DNA of 57,562 nucleotides from a virus (lineage: Duplodnaviria; Caudoviricetes), in the IMG/VR virus record IMGVR_UViG_3300020021_000179, positions 1-57,562 of that record. One strand, 5' to 3'. The translations under genes were made by a program, and so were the position numbers. This document shows, piece by piece, positions 29,269 to 38,794 of the stretch; within the stretch, counting starts at the first letter, position 1, and each line of letters opens with the position of its first letter. Under the pieces are notes generated by a model. The model was given only the letters and a program-made list of their open reading frames with translations. It had not been told where the DNA came from and made no database searches.

Positions 29269-29947
29269 CTGGAATAAAATAACACTATTTAAGTTTCAGC
29301 AGATAAGCGAAATCAATGCGAGAGAGAATACTTCCGATATTGATAAGGCGCTGTTTGCCACTTGCGTAGTATTTGACCTGACCGAATACCAGTTGGATAA
29401 TATGAACCCGCGCAAGGCGTCAAAACTGTTAGCAAAAGTTACTAAGATATTTAGCCAGGAACTTAAACCAGAACCCAAGGCAACGATTGGGGATTATGTG
29501 ATTAACTACACTCCGTCAAAACTAACGTTCGGGCAGTTCATCACACTAGCCTTCTATGTTTCGCGCAATGCCATTCAGTTTGCACACCAAATCTTTGCCA
29601 CGCTGGCCGACCCGGACGATACGTTCCAGCAGGAACGAGCTGACTTCTTTTTAAAACAACCCATTGCCAAGATGATCGGTAGCCTGAAACTATTTGTGGA
29701 ACGCTTCCGGGCTTTCAACCGGGAATACGAAACGCTGTTTGGAGTCGGGACGGAGGAAGGAAAGAAGATTGAACAAGATCCTTTTCAAAAACAATACGGC
29801 TGGATTTATTCGGCAACACGCGTGGCTGATCACAACCGGATAACCCTTGACGAAGCCTTTGGGCTTCCCGTTCGGGTAGCCTTTAACGATCTGGCCTATC
29901 TGAAAGCAAAGGACAAGTTCGATGAACAACAATTTAAAAAGAAGTAA
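29261..29947 (+). CDS. tail assembly chaperone-like protein
   Basis: ITLFKFQQI, LTFGQFI, YGWIYS, LAYLK; immediately precedes the tape measure gene. Confidence 0.55.
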   Translation: MSNWNKITLFKFQQISEINARENTSDIDKALFATCVVFDLTEYQLDNMNPRKASKLLAKVTKIFSQELKPEPKATIGDYVINYTPSKLTFGQFITLAFYVSRNAIQFAHQIFATLADPDDTFQQERADFFLKQPIAKMIGSLKLFVERFRAFNREYETLFGVGTEEGKKIEQDPFQKQYGWIYSATRVADHNRITLDEAFGLPVRVAFNDLAYLKAKDKFDEQQFKKK

Positions 29948-32079
29948 TGCCAACAACCATCGTAGCGGCAACGCTGCAAGTAGATACCGGTAATTCCAAC
30001 GCCAACATAAAGGAAGTCAATCAAAATCTTGATCAGACCCAAAAGGCGCTTGCCGGAACTACCAGTTCTGTAAAGACTTCACAAACCGCTTTCGGAAACC
30101 TAAAGACTCAAATGTCTGCACTTCCGGGGCCGTTGCAGGAAGCAACAGCAGGCGTTGATAGTCTTTCCGCATCCTTCAAGGCCATGCTGGCTAATCCGAT
30201 AGTCCTTGTCATCGTGGCAATCGTTGGGGCGCTAGCTTTCCTTTATAAATCATTCACCAATACTTCCGAAGGGGCTGAAGAAATGGAACAGAAGTTTGCG
30301 GGGATTAAGGCTGCCGCGCAAGCAGTGCTGGACGCTATCTTTCAACTCGGTGGTGCTATTATCAAATTCTTCAAAGGGGATTTCTCCGGAGCCTTCGATG
30401 ACGCTAAGGCGGCGATAACGGGAGTCGTGGGAGCGGTTGTTAATGCATACAATGTTGCTTCAACACTTACAAAACAGCTGCAGGATTTACATAAAGAACA
30501 ACTCGTTGCCGATGTTGCCGCTGCCCAGCGCGGAGCTGAACTGGCTAAGTTACGCGAACAGGCGCTGGATCCTGATATTCCCGTTGCCAAACGCAAGGCA
30601 CTCATCAAACAGCTTGCCGATGTGGAAGACAAAGCGGCTGAAGATGATATAGCCCGAGCTAAGAAAGTAACCGATGCAAAGATTAAACTGGCATCTCTGG
30701 AAGCCGATGGGGTGAATAAGAACCGCGATGAAATAGCGAAACTTCGGATTGATGAACTCAACAAAGAGACCGATGCCGAAAATGAGAAAAGGAGAATTAA
30801 CCGCCTGCAAAAACAGGCCGACAGGGAAGAAGACGCAGCAGATAAGGCAGCAGCGAAAGCCGCAGCCGATGCGGCCAAGAAAGACCGCGAACAGTTAGAG
30901 GCTTTCAACGCCCAGCTCACCAAACTCAAACAGCAGAATGTACTTGCCGGGATTACCGATCAGTACGCCAAGGAAAAGCAGTTACTCGAAAATAAGATCG
31001 CTGATGAGCAGGCTTTGATTGCCAAAGAGTTTGCAGACGGCAAGATTACCCGCGATCAATTTAACCAGCTAAATCAACAGCAACAAATCAGTGCCAATGC
31101 ACAGCGCGACGCGTTAACAGCTAAACATCAGCAGGAGATTGCCGATAATGAAGCGAAGTTTCAGCAGCAATTATCTGACATCCACGCCAAGACGCAGCTG
31201 GACGGACTGAACAATGCGCAGGCCAAGGAAGCCGCAGCCCTCGAGATCGCTCACCAGAAAGAATTGCAGCAGGCCATTAAAGACTATGGCGCTAACTCTG
31301 AACAGTTCTTTCAGATCAAACAAGCGATTGATCAAGAGTATGCCGCCAAGCAGGAAGCCCTTGACGAAAAGAATAGGGTAGCTGCGGAAAAGAAAAAACT
31401 AGATGATGCCAAGAAACATACATCCACAGTTCTGAACGATCCAAAGTCACAGTTCAAAGCCCGGCAGGCAGCTATTGACGCAGAACAATTACAGGTTAAG
31501 AAAGCATTCGATGCAAAAGCGCTGACTGAATCCGAATACAACGACACGATTGAACAATTTACGCAAGACCGGATTAAGATCAAACAGGAGGAGCAGAAAC
31601 AAGTATCCACGATCAATAACGCAATCGGCGATGCCTTCACGACACTGGCGGATATTGCGGGACAGCAAACCGCAGCAGGCAAAGCGTTAGCGATTGCAGG
31701 AACAACGATCAAAACCATTCAGGCCGGTTTCGATGCCTTCGCTGGAATGGTTTCTGAAATCCCTGGTCCGATAGGTATTGCTCTTGGAATAGTAGCAGCA
31801 GCGGGAGCCGTTGCCGCAGGGGTGAAAGCCGTATCAAATATATTGGCAGTTCCAATACCCGGTCAGGGATCAGTGGGATCAACGCCAAGTATTCAGGCTC
31901 CGACAATTGCTGCACCCGTCGCACCAACGCAATCCAGCACATCATTAAATCAAAGCAGCATAAACCAAATGGGTCAGGTTCAAACTTCCGTACGCGCATT
32001 CGTAGTGGAATCTGATTCAGCCGCCGCTGCAAACCGGGCTGCAAGATTATCAAACGCGGCAGTCTTAGGAGGGCACTAA
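29947..32079 (+). CDS. tape measure protein
   Basis: Long Ala/Gln/Lys coiled coil, two hydrophobic blocks, C-terminal VRAFVVESD. Confidence 0.8.
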   Translation: MPTTIVAATLQVDTGNSNANIKEVNQNLDQTQKALAGTTSSVKTSQTAFGNLKTQMSALPGPLQEATAGVDSLSASFKAMLANPIVLVIVAIVGALAFLYKSFTNTSEGAEEMEQKFAGIKAAAQAVLDAIFQLGGAIIKFFKGDFSGAFDDAKAAITGVVGAVVNAYNVASTLTKQLQDLHKEQLVADVAAAQRGAELAKLREQALDPDIPVAKRKALIKQLADVEDKAAEDDIARAKKVTDAKIKLASLEADGVNKNRDEIAKLRIDELNKETDAENEKRRINRLQKQADREEDAADKAAAKAAADAAKKDREQLEAFNAQLTKLKQQNVLAGITDQYAKEKQLLENKIADEQALIAKEFADGKITRDQFNQLNQQQQISANAQRDALTAKHQQEIADNEAKFQQQLSDIHAKTQLDGLNNAQAKEAAALEIAHQKELQQAIKDYGANSEQFFQIKQAIDQEYAAKQEALDEKNRVAAEKKKLDDAKKHTSTVLNDPKSQFKARQAAIDAEQLQVKKAFDAKALTESEYNDTIEQFTQDRIKIKQEEQKQVSTINNAIGDAFTTLADIAGQQTAAGKALAIAGTTIKTIQAGFDAFAGMVSEIPGPIGIALGIVAAAGAVAAGVKAVSNILAVPIPGQGSVGSTPSIQAPTIAAPVAPTQSSTSLNQSSINQMGQVQTSVRAFVVESDSAAAANRAARLSNAAVLGGH

Positions 32080-32084
32080 AGTAG

Positions 32085-32109
32085 ACAAACGACTTGTTCC
32101 TGCATTTAT
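32085..32109 (+). promoter_or_regulatory. putative late promoter (copy 3, protease)
   Basis: ACA 32085, CATTTAT 32103, AAGC, ATG. Confidence 0.7.
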
Positions 32110-32113
32110 AAGC

Positions 32114-32713
32114 ATGCAATTACAGGTTTATAAAGCCTACATAGATCCATCCTTTGATTCTGATTTGGAAGTAGACTTCATCAGTCTGGTCGAACGCCCA
32201 GCCATCGAACGGAACTTTCAGGCCTTCGATGAAGACAAAAAGAAACTCAAGTTCGCAGTAGATACCGAACGCCGGATTATCTCCGGGCCTGCGATGATCG
32301 CGGGCATGCCGCTTTATCGCAACGATCAGATGCTAGGTGAATACATGGTTGAGTTCGACGCTCCGTCCATCTTCACCATCGTAAACAAATTCGCCGCCAA
32401 GGGTAACATGCAAAAGGCAAATCTTTTCCATGACCCCAATCTCACACTGCAAGGCGTAACCTTCTTCAATTCATTTATCACCGACGAGCAGATGGGCATC
32501 ATGGCCCCGAAAGGATTTGAAAACATTCCATTCGGAAGCTGGTTCGTATCGGCCTACATCGGAAACGACATGGCATGGGAAGCAATTACGTCCGGAAAAG
32601 TAATGGGCTTTAGCGTGGAAGGAATCTTCAAATATGTCCCGGTGAAAATGACGATGGAGCAAGCAGTAAAACGCATCGAACAAATCTTAAAGCAGACAGA
32701 CCTAATCAATTAA
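32114..32713 (+). CDS. prohead protease (XkdF-like serine protease)
   Basis: ISLVERPAIE, GPAMIA, NLFH, GSWFVS, GFSVEG. Confidence 0.88.
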   Translation: MQLQVYKAYIDPSFDSDLEVDFISLVERPAIERNFQAFDEDKKKLKFAVDTERRIISGPAMIAGMPLYRNDQMLGEYMVEFDAPSIFTIVNKFAAKGNMQKANLFHDPNLTLQGVTFFNSFITDEQMGIMAPKGFENIPFGSWFVSAYIGNDMAWEAITSGKVMGFSVEGIFKYVPVKMTMEQAVKRIEQILKQTDLIN

Positions 32714-32720
32714 CATTTAT
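32696..32720 (+). promoter_or_regulatory. putative late promoter (copy 4, scaffold/capsid)
   Basis: ACA 32696, CATTTAT 32714, AAGC, ATG. Confidence 0.7.
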
Positions 32721-32724
32721 AAGC

Positions 32725-33483
32725 ATGACAGCAAAAGAAATTCTTGCAAGTATAAAAGCAGTGTTCGACGGGCCTCCAGCTCCGCAAGCGCCACAGCCCG
32801 CACCATCTGCACCCGCAGCGCCTTCTGTTCCCGCACCAACTGTTTACACTTTGGTTGATGGAACTCAAATCGCAATTTCCCAGGCAGGCGCTTCGCCCGC
32901 TCCCGGAGATACCGTAACCATCGCAGGAGCACCAGCTCCGGAAGGAGTTCTGACACTTGCCGATGGAACAGCGCTCACCGTGGATGCAACCGGAACGATC
33001 ACCCAATGTGTTCCCGGTGTACCGGCAATGGCCGCAGCTCCAGCAGCAGCGCCCGCACCGGCTCCCGTAGTTCCTGTCACGCAGAATGCAATGGCCGAAC
33101 ACGTAGCAAAATTCGCAGTAGGTGACCCTGAACAAAGGCTTACTAATCTGGAAGTGGTTTGCAAAGCGCTGATGGAATCCGAATTCGGTTATCAGATTTC
33201 TGCTAACGAACGAATCGAATCTCAAAACCAGGCTATAGCAATCTATCAGACCACACTACAGGATCAGGCAACTGAGCTGGCAGCAGCAAATCAGAAGATT
33301 GAAAAATACGGAAAGGTGATTGAAGGAATGTTCACGCTGATTGAAAAGATTACGGAACTGCCAACAGCAGAACCTAAAACCCTAACCGGTTTAAAGAAAG
33401 AAAAGTTCGATCGTGTCAATGAGAAGGAAGCGAAGATAGAAATAATCGCAGCCGCAATGAGAGAAATTAAAAAAGGTAAATAA
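32725..33483 (+). CDS. scaffold protein
   Basis: TL.DGT repeats, Pro/Ala linkers, C-terminal coiled coil; between protease and capsid genes. Confidence 0.65.
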   Translation: MTAKEILASIKAVFDGPPAPQAPQPAPSAPAAPSVPAPTVYTLVDGTQIAISQAGASPAPGDTVTIAGAPAPEGVLTLADGTALTVDATGTITQCVPGVPAMAAAPAAAPAPAPVVPVTQNAMAEHVAKFAVGDPEQRLTNLEVVCKALMESEFGYQISANERIESQNQAIAIYQTTLQDQATELAAANQKIEKYGKVIEGMFTLIEKITELPTAEPKTLTGLKKEKFDRVNEKEAKIEIIAAAMREIKKGK

Positions 33484-33507
33484 GTCAATAATTAAAATTA
33501 TAATAAA

Positions 33508-34485
33508 ATGGCATTAAGTGTAGCCGCCCTGGTAAGTTATATCATCGAGAACGAAGACCTACTGGTCACCAAGTCGCTGTTCTCTGGTAAAACGTCCGAT
33601 CTGATCGCATCTGAAGGCACTGTTATGACAGGCGTGAAGTATGCTGAACAGATTAATATCTTAGCAACTGATGCCATTTTCCAGAATGGTACAGGTTGTA
33701 CGCGTGTATCCTCTGGTAACACCGCAATCTCTCAGCGTATCGTTAAGATCGGAGATATTGCCGTTGTAGAAGATATTTGCGTAAAGACATTGAATACCGT
33801 TTACCTGTCGAAGAAACTCGCTAAGGGATCGGAAGTCAATGACATTCCTTTTGAACAACAGTTCGGGGAACTCAAAGCCGCTACCATTGCAAAGCAATTG
33901 GAAGTAGCGCTCTGGCAGGGTGACACCAACTCGGCTGGTAACTCTACCATTGCATTCTTTGACGGTCTGATCAAATTGATTGATCTGTCTGGTGTTTCCA
34001 TAAACGCAAACACTACACCGTTTATCGCTGGTGGTGCAATTTCCGCAGCTACAGGTATCATATCTACCAATGTAATTAGTATCGTGAATGCTATGTGGGG
34101 TGCAATCCCTGCAGATGTTCAGGGCCAGCAGGATGTTCGCATCTTCTGCGGATGGGATGTGTTCTACACATACATCGCGGCTTACACAGCACTGAACCTT
34201 TACAATTTCTTCCCTAATGGAAAAGAAGTTGGAATGGCAAGCGGAGAAATCACGATCCCTGGTACAATGTATAAGCTGACAGCCGTTCACGGACTGGATG
34301 GTAAGTTCAGACTGTTCGGAATCAGAACCAGCAACCTTTACATGGGTGTGGATCTGGAAGACGAATACAGCCAGTTCAGCCTGATGGAAGATCAGTTTAA
34401 AGATTTCGTTCGTTTCAAAGCGCATTTCAAAGCCGGTGTGAACATTGCGTTCCCTGCTGAAATCACAAACTACAAAGGAACCTAG
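33508..34485 (+). CDS. major capsid protein
   Basis: GVKY, EDICVKTL, EVALWQGD, FDGLIK, VRFKAHFKAGV; synteny and downstream terminator. Confidence 0.88.
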   Translation: MALSVAALVSYIIENEDLLVTKSLFSGKTSDLIASEGTVMTGVKYAEQINILATDAIFQNGTGCTRVSSGNTAISQRIVKIGDIAVVEDICVKTLNTVYLSKKLAKGSEVNDIPFEQQFGELKAATIAKQLEVALWQGDTNSAGNSTIAFFDGLIKLIDLSGVSINANTTPFIAGGAISAATGIISTNVISIVNAMWGAIPADVQGQQDVRIFCGWDVFYTYIAAYTALNLYNFFPNGKEVGMASGEITIPGTMYKLTAVHGLDGKFRLFGIRTSNLYMGVDLEDEYSQFSLMEDQFKDFVRFKAHFKAGVNIAFPAEITNYKGT

Positions 34486-34492
34486 TAAATAT

Positions 34493-34526
34493 TGGGGAGG
34501 ACAACTACTCCCCATTAATATATTTT
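34493..34526 (+). terminator. intrinsic terminator after MCP
   Basis: TGGGGAG/CTCCCCA stem followed by TTAATATATTTTT. Confidence 0.55.
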
Positions 34527-34556
34527 TCGAATTATTCTGTTTAAATAATATTCATA

Positions 34557-35081
34557 ATGGCTTCATGCGCGTTAACCCAGGATTATTCGTTCGGTTGCGC
34601 CGTCGGATCAGGCGGTACACTGGAATGCTGGATAATCGAAACGGGTAATATCGTTTCATATACTGAATCTTCCGGAACACTCACAGCCATAACAAAAGCT
34701 ACCGGTAAGATCTTCCGCAAATACCAACTGGTTTTAGAAACCGGCGCATTCCAGGAAGACATCGTAGGAAACCGCGCCAATGGTACGCTCTATTACGATC
34801 AGAAAGGCACTATCATCTTAAACGTTCAACAGGTAGCTGTAAGAAACGAAATCATGCTCCTTGCTGTAAACAACCTGACGATCATCATCCACGATAACAA
34901 CGACACTTACAGGCTATATGGCCGTGTCAATGGATTGAGACTGCTCACAGGTTCGGCAGCAACAGGAACGGCTTTCGGAGACAGGAACGGGTATACATTG
35001 AATTTTGACGGCAAGGAAGCACAGCTCTCCCCATTCGTTCTCAATACCGTGGCCGCTACCTTCCAGACGCCTGGCCCATAA
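34557..35081 (+). CDS. major tail (tube) protein
   Basis: MASCALT, C...GG, NGTLYYDQ, DNND, TGTAFGDRNGYTLNF.GKE. Confidence 0.75.
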   Translation: MASCALTQDYSFGCAVGSGGTLECWIIETGNIVSYTESSGTLTAITKATGKIFRKYQLVLETGAFQEDIVGNRANGTLYYDQKGTIILNVQQVAVRNEIMLLAVNNLTIIIHDNNDTYRLYGRVNGLRLLTGSAATGTAFGDRNGYTLNFDGKEAQLSPFVLNTVAATFQTPGP

Positions 35082-35105
35082 TATTCTATTCTGTCCTTGC
35101 GCTAG

Positions 35106-35136
35106 AAGCCTCCAGTAAAACGGGGGCTTTTGTGTT
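35106..35136 (+). terminator. intrinsic terminator after tail tube gene
   Basis: AAGCCTCC/GGGGGCTT stem then TTGTGTT. Confidence 0.6.
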
Positions 35137-35140
35137 ATGA

Positions 35141-35165
35141 ACAGAACCCCGTTTTTGACATTTAT
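35141..35165 (+). promoter_or_regulatory. putative late promoter (copy 5, portal operon)
   Basis: ACA 35141, CATTTAT 35159, ATG 35172; directly after a terminator. Confidence 0.7.
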
Positions 35166-35171
35166 AAATAT

Positions 35172-35558
35172 ATGCTGGAATTCAAACAAAGCGACACGGC
35201 AGCAACGATAATCCTTACGCTGACGGAGTTGGTAACGATTCCAGCTCCCTTCTATCTGTTTGTCTTTAATCATGTGAACACCAGTGACGTTGTATCCTTT
35301 GTGCTGAATTCTACAGCAGATTTAAGCCTTTTCCAGAAACGCTACAATCAATTCCTTATCAATCCTTCAGTTCTTTTTGCAGGCCACGAGCCGGGACAAT
35401 GGAATTACAATATTTATCAGCAGGCAAGCGCCGTCAATACCGATACCGCTTTAACGCAAGGGATATTAGAGTCCGGGCAAATGATCTTGGATAGAACAAC
35501 CGATTTCGATTATGCGAAATACACAGCAGTCACTAACTACAAAGTTTACAACGGATAA
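35172..35558 (+). CDS. virion structural protein upstream of portal
   Basis: ATG 35172 (MLEFKQ); LTLTE, RYNQF, GQWNYNIYQQ, LESG. Confidence 0.55.
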   Translation: MLEFKQSDTAATIILTLTELVTIPAPFYLFVFNHVNTSDVVSFVLNSTADLSLFQKRYNQFLINPSVLFAGHEPGQWNYNIYQQASAVNTDTALTQGILESGQMILDRTTDFDYAKYTAVTNYKVYNG

Positions 35559-37657
35559 TGGAAGACCCACAGGATAAAAATTTACCACAGATTGCCGTTG
35601 TCAAATTCTCCGACAGCAAGATTCCACTATTCAAAGAAACAAAGAATAAGGCTTACGTGCTTTATGGGGAAGACAATAAATACCCAGAATACTTAACGGG
35701 CCTGTTTGATAAGTCAGCCAAACACAATGCTATCGTTACCGGTAAGGCAGCTTATATCTTCGGCAACGGATTTGCCAATGGTGACTTTGAAATCAATGTG
35801 CTTGGGGAAACACTGAACGATTTAGCGCAAAAGGCAAGTCTGGATATAGAATCCTACGGCGGTTTCAAATGGGAAATCATTTTTAATTACCAGGGTATTG
35901 TGTCGGAAGTATACCACGTGGATTACTCTACGATCCGAAAGGCAAAGGACGGTGGATTTTATTTCAAAGAGAAATGGGGCGATCAGTTCGACCGCAACCC
36001 TGGCGAATACATACCCGCTTTCGATCCGGCGCATATCAATACCTCACAGATTTACGAGTATAACGAATACCGCCCGATGACCCGGTTCTATCCGCTTCCG
36101 GGATACATCGCCTGTAACAACTACATAGAAATCGATATTGAGATATCAAAGTTTCATCTGTCCTCCATCCGCAACGGTATGATGCCGTCCAAGATGATTC
36201 AGTTCTTCAAAGGTGAGCCTACGGAGGAAAAAAAGAACGAAGTAGAGAAAAGACTGGCCCGCAAGTTTGCCGGATCCGAAAATGCCGGTAAATTCTTATT
36301 GGTCTTTAACGATGCCAACAGTACAGGGTCGAAAGTTACGGTTGACGACCTGTCGGCTAACGAGCTGGATAAACAGTTTGATATCCTGAACAAAACATGC
36401 CAGCAGGAAATCTTTTCCGGCCACCGGGTGACTTCTCCGATGCTTTTTGGTATCAAGGAAGAAGGGCAGCTCGGAGGAGCAACAGAACTGGCTACATCGT
36501 ATGCGATTTTCCAGAACACGTATTCCAAACCGAAAGCACAGGTTCTTTCAAAAGAAATTCAATATCTCTTAAGCTTCACCAAGTTTAAAGGCCTTTATGA
36601 ACTCAGATCAACCGATCCGATAGGTGTAATTATAAACCCGCATGATGTTGTAAACTCACTCCCAAAGAAATTTGTATTTGAAAGCCTTGGCATACCGCCG
36701 GAAGATTGGGACGGCGAAAACATCGGGGCGGACAACCGGCCAACACAGACGATTCCTATCGCTCCGGCGACAACGATTGGCGCGCCCGATCCGGGAACGC
36801 TTTCTTCAGTTCCGCCAGCACCCGTTAACGAAAACATTAAAAACCTCACGGCAAAGCAGCATCAACAGATGTTGAGAATCATTCGTCAATATACCAAAGG
36901 ACTTCTCACCGCCGCAACGGCAAAAATATTACTACGCCAAGGTCTGGGACTTCCGGACAAAGATATCAATGAGATCCTGGGTATCCCCACAGCCTCAGGG
37001 GCGATGAGTTTCGATGCCGAGGAAGATCGCATCATCGGAATGTTTGACGCCGCTGGCGAGTCTAAGAATGACTACCAGATAGTAAAGTCTAAGCCCGTAA
37101 ACTTCGGAACGGATGTAGAAGCAGAATTTGACGAAGAAGTTTATATCAAGGAAGCGTTTTTAACCACTACGGATTTAACCGTTTCTGAATCTCGTATCCT
37201 GGATCTGATCAAAAAGGATAAACTCATTTCAGCCGTAACCATTTCCGGATTGATAGGCGAAACCGTTGCCTATGTGCAAGGGAAGATTGATGCACTCATC
37301 ACACGCGGATACATTCAACAGAATACTACCAGTGACGGGCTGGATGATATTATCGAACGCGTAGTAATCGAACAACCGGTTATTCCACCGACTACGATTG
37401 ACAACACGCCTATCAGCAAGATTTCTATCATGTATTCCTACGAAGGCCCGCAGGATTCCAGGAATAGGCCTTTCTGCGCCCGCATGATGGAGCTGAGAAG
37501 GCTTTACACAAGAAAAGACATTGAAGATATCAGCGCCCGGCTGGGGTATAGCGTATTCGACCGGCGCGGTGGATTCTGGACAAGGAAGGGAACCCATGAC
37601 ACTACCCCGTACTGCAGACATTCATGGAAAAGTAATATCGTAATTAAAAAAGGATGA
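35558..37657 (+). CDS. portal protein with C-terminal winged-HTH and MuF-like domain
   Basis: YGEDNKYP, SAKHNAI, YPLPGY, NGMMPS, GSENAGK, HRVTSPMLFGI; C-terminal SRNRPFC and CRHSW. Confidence 0.88.
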   Translation: MEDPQDKNLPQIAVVKFSDSKIPLFKETKNKAYVLYGEDNKYPEYLTGLFDKSAKHNAIVTGKAAYIFGNGFANGDFEINVLGETLNDLAQKASLDIESYGGFKWEIIFNYQGIVSEVYHVDYSTIRKAKDGGFYFKEKWGDQFDRNPGEYIPAFDPAHINTSQIYEYNEYRPMTRFYPLPGYIACNNYIEIDIEISKFHLSSIRNGMMPSKMIQFFKGEPTEEKKNEVEKRLARKFAGSENAGKFLLVFNDANSTGSKVTVDDLSANELDKQFDILNKTCQQEIFSGHRVTSPMLFGIKEEGQLGGATELATSYAIFQNTYSKPKAQVLSKEIQYLLSFTKFKGLYELRSTDPIGVIINPHDVVNSLPKKFVFESLGIPPEDWDGENIGADNRPTQTIPIAPATTIGAPDPGTLSSVPPAPVNENIKNLTAKQHQQMLRIIRQYTKGLLTAATAKILLRQGLGLPDKDINEILGIPTASGAMSFDAEEDRIIGMFDAAGESKNDYQIVKSKPVNFGTDVEAEFDEEVYIKEAFLTTTDLTVSESRILDLIKKDKLISAVTISGLIGETVAYVQGKIDALITRGYIQQNTTSDGLDDIIERVVIEQPVIPPTTIDNTPISKISIMYSYEGPQDSRNRPFCARMMELRRLYTRKDIEDISARLGYSVFDRRGGFWTRKGTHDTTPYCRHSWKSNIVIKKG

Positions 37658-38271
37658 GCGCAAATACACTCTTAATATCTGCCACGATGCTCAAAGAGCG
37701 CACATCCATGCACGGCAATGTGGATGACAAACTACTTTACCCTGATATCAAGTACGCCCAGGATGTTCATATAAAACCCGTTCTGGGTACAGCTCTTTAT
37801 GAAAAGCTACAGGCGCTTATCATAGGGGTTGGTGCAAACAATATTTCTGATCCTTCCCAGGCAGATTACAAATATTTAGTAGATACCTATCTGGTTGATG
37901 CGCTACTTTATTTTTCCTGGTCGTACCTGGTTATGTCCGTTTCTTTTCAACTCTGGAACAAAGGAGTCGTACGCAAACAAGGGGAGGATACCGAAGTACC
38001 CAGCATGGCCGAGATCATGGATCTGGCTAACGGGTATAAAAACAGGGCTGAGTATTATAACAACCGGATGAAACTGTTCATCCAGGATCAGTCGGCCAGG
38101 CTTCAGAAGTATCCTGAATACCGGATGCCCGGAAGTACCGTGGATACGGTTACGCCAGAACAAAGAAATTTTTCATCCCCAATATGGCTTGGTGGAAGTG
38201 ACTCGGATAACAGACCCGATAATCCATGGTGTAATTCCGGTGGATTTAACGGAGCGCCATATCATGATTAA
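37654..38271 (+). CDS. head-tail adaptor protein
   Basis: GNVDDK, AQDVHIKPVLGTALYEKL, NKGV, AEYY..RM; follows portal. Confidence 0.7.
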   Translation: MSANTLLISATMLKERTSMHGNVDDKLLYPDIKYAQDVHIKPVLGTALYEKLQALIIGVGANNISDPSQADYKYLVDTYLVDALLYFSWSYLVMSVSFQLWNKGVVRKQGEDTEVPSMAEIMDLANGYKNRAEYYNNRMKLFIQDQSARLQKYPEYRMPGSTVDTVTPEQRNFSSPIWLGGSDSDNRPDNPWCNSGGFNGAPYHD

Positions 38272-38335
38272 CCTATGCCCAAGGGAATAAGTAATAAGAA
38301 CGAAACGAAGTTAAGAGACTATTTAAAAAAAGCGA

Positions 38336-38794
38336 ATGCCATTAAGCCTAAACAGTGTTCAAAGCAAAATTGCTGCCGTGTGCATGAATCACAAGATGGT
38401 AAACAGCTTTTTCTACGGACTCAAAACGGATCTGCTAACCGCTAAGACGACCAAATACCCGGCGGCATTTCTGGATGACAACGGGTTTACGATCAGCCCC
38501 AGTGGTCACGCGATAACACTTATCTGGCGGCTGTGGTTTCTGGATCTGGTGAATGTAGCCAATTATTCAAACCAGAATGATGTGGACGTAATCAGTGACA
38601 TGCTGGGGATAGCAACGGACATAGTAACAGAATTGAACCGGGATTCAAACGGATGGATTCTGGCTGGTGGCGCAGGGCAACAGGTAGCAGAACAGGACAA
38701 CGATATGCCGTGGGGGGTGTATGTGGATTTTACCCTTCGATTCCCTTATGCTCAAAACAATTGTGAAGTACCAACAACGTCGCCCGTATTATGA
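38336..38794 (+). CDS. tail terminator-like protein
   Basis: NHKMVNSF, YP, DVISDMLGIATDIV, GVYVDF. Confidence 0.55.
   Translation: MPLSLNSVQSKIAAVCMNHKMVNSFFYGLKTDLLTAKTTKYPAAFLDDNGFTISPSGHAITLIWRLWFLDLVNVANYSNQNDVDVISDMLGIATDIVTELNRDSNGWILAGGAGQQVAEQDNDMPWGVYVDFTLRFPYAQNNCEVPTTSPVL

Noticed and set aside
30342-34515. Long antisense ORFs over tape measure, scaffold and capsid (e.g. 33661-34515)
   Set aside because: Fully overlap well-supported + strand genes and show no recognisable motifs.
14950-35171. Track starts at 14950, 17061, 17962 and 35130
   Set aside because: Coupled or promoter-linked starts at 15019, 17106, 17974 and 35172 fit better.
24643-38794. Contractile tail (myovirus)
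   Set aside because: No sheath or baseplate J-like gene recognised.
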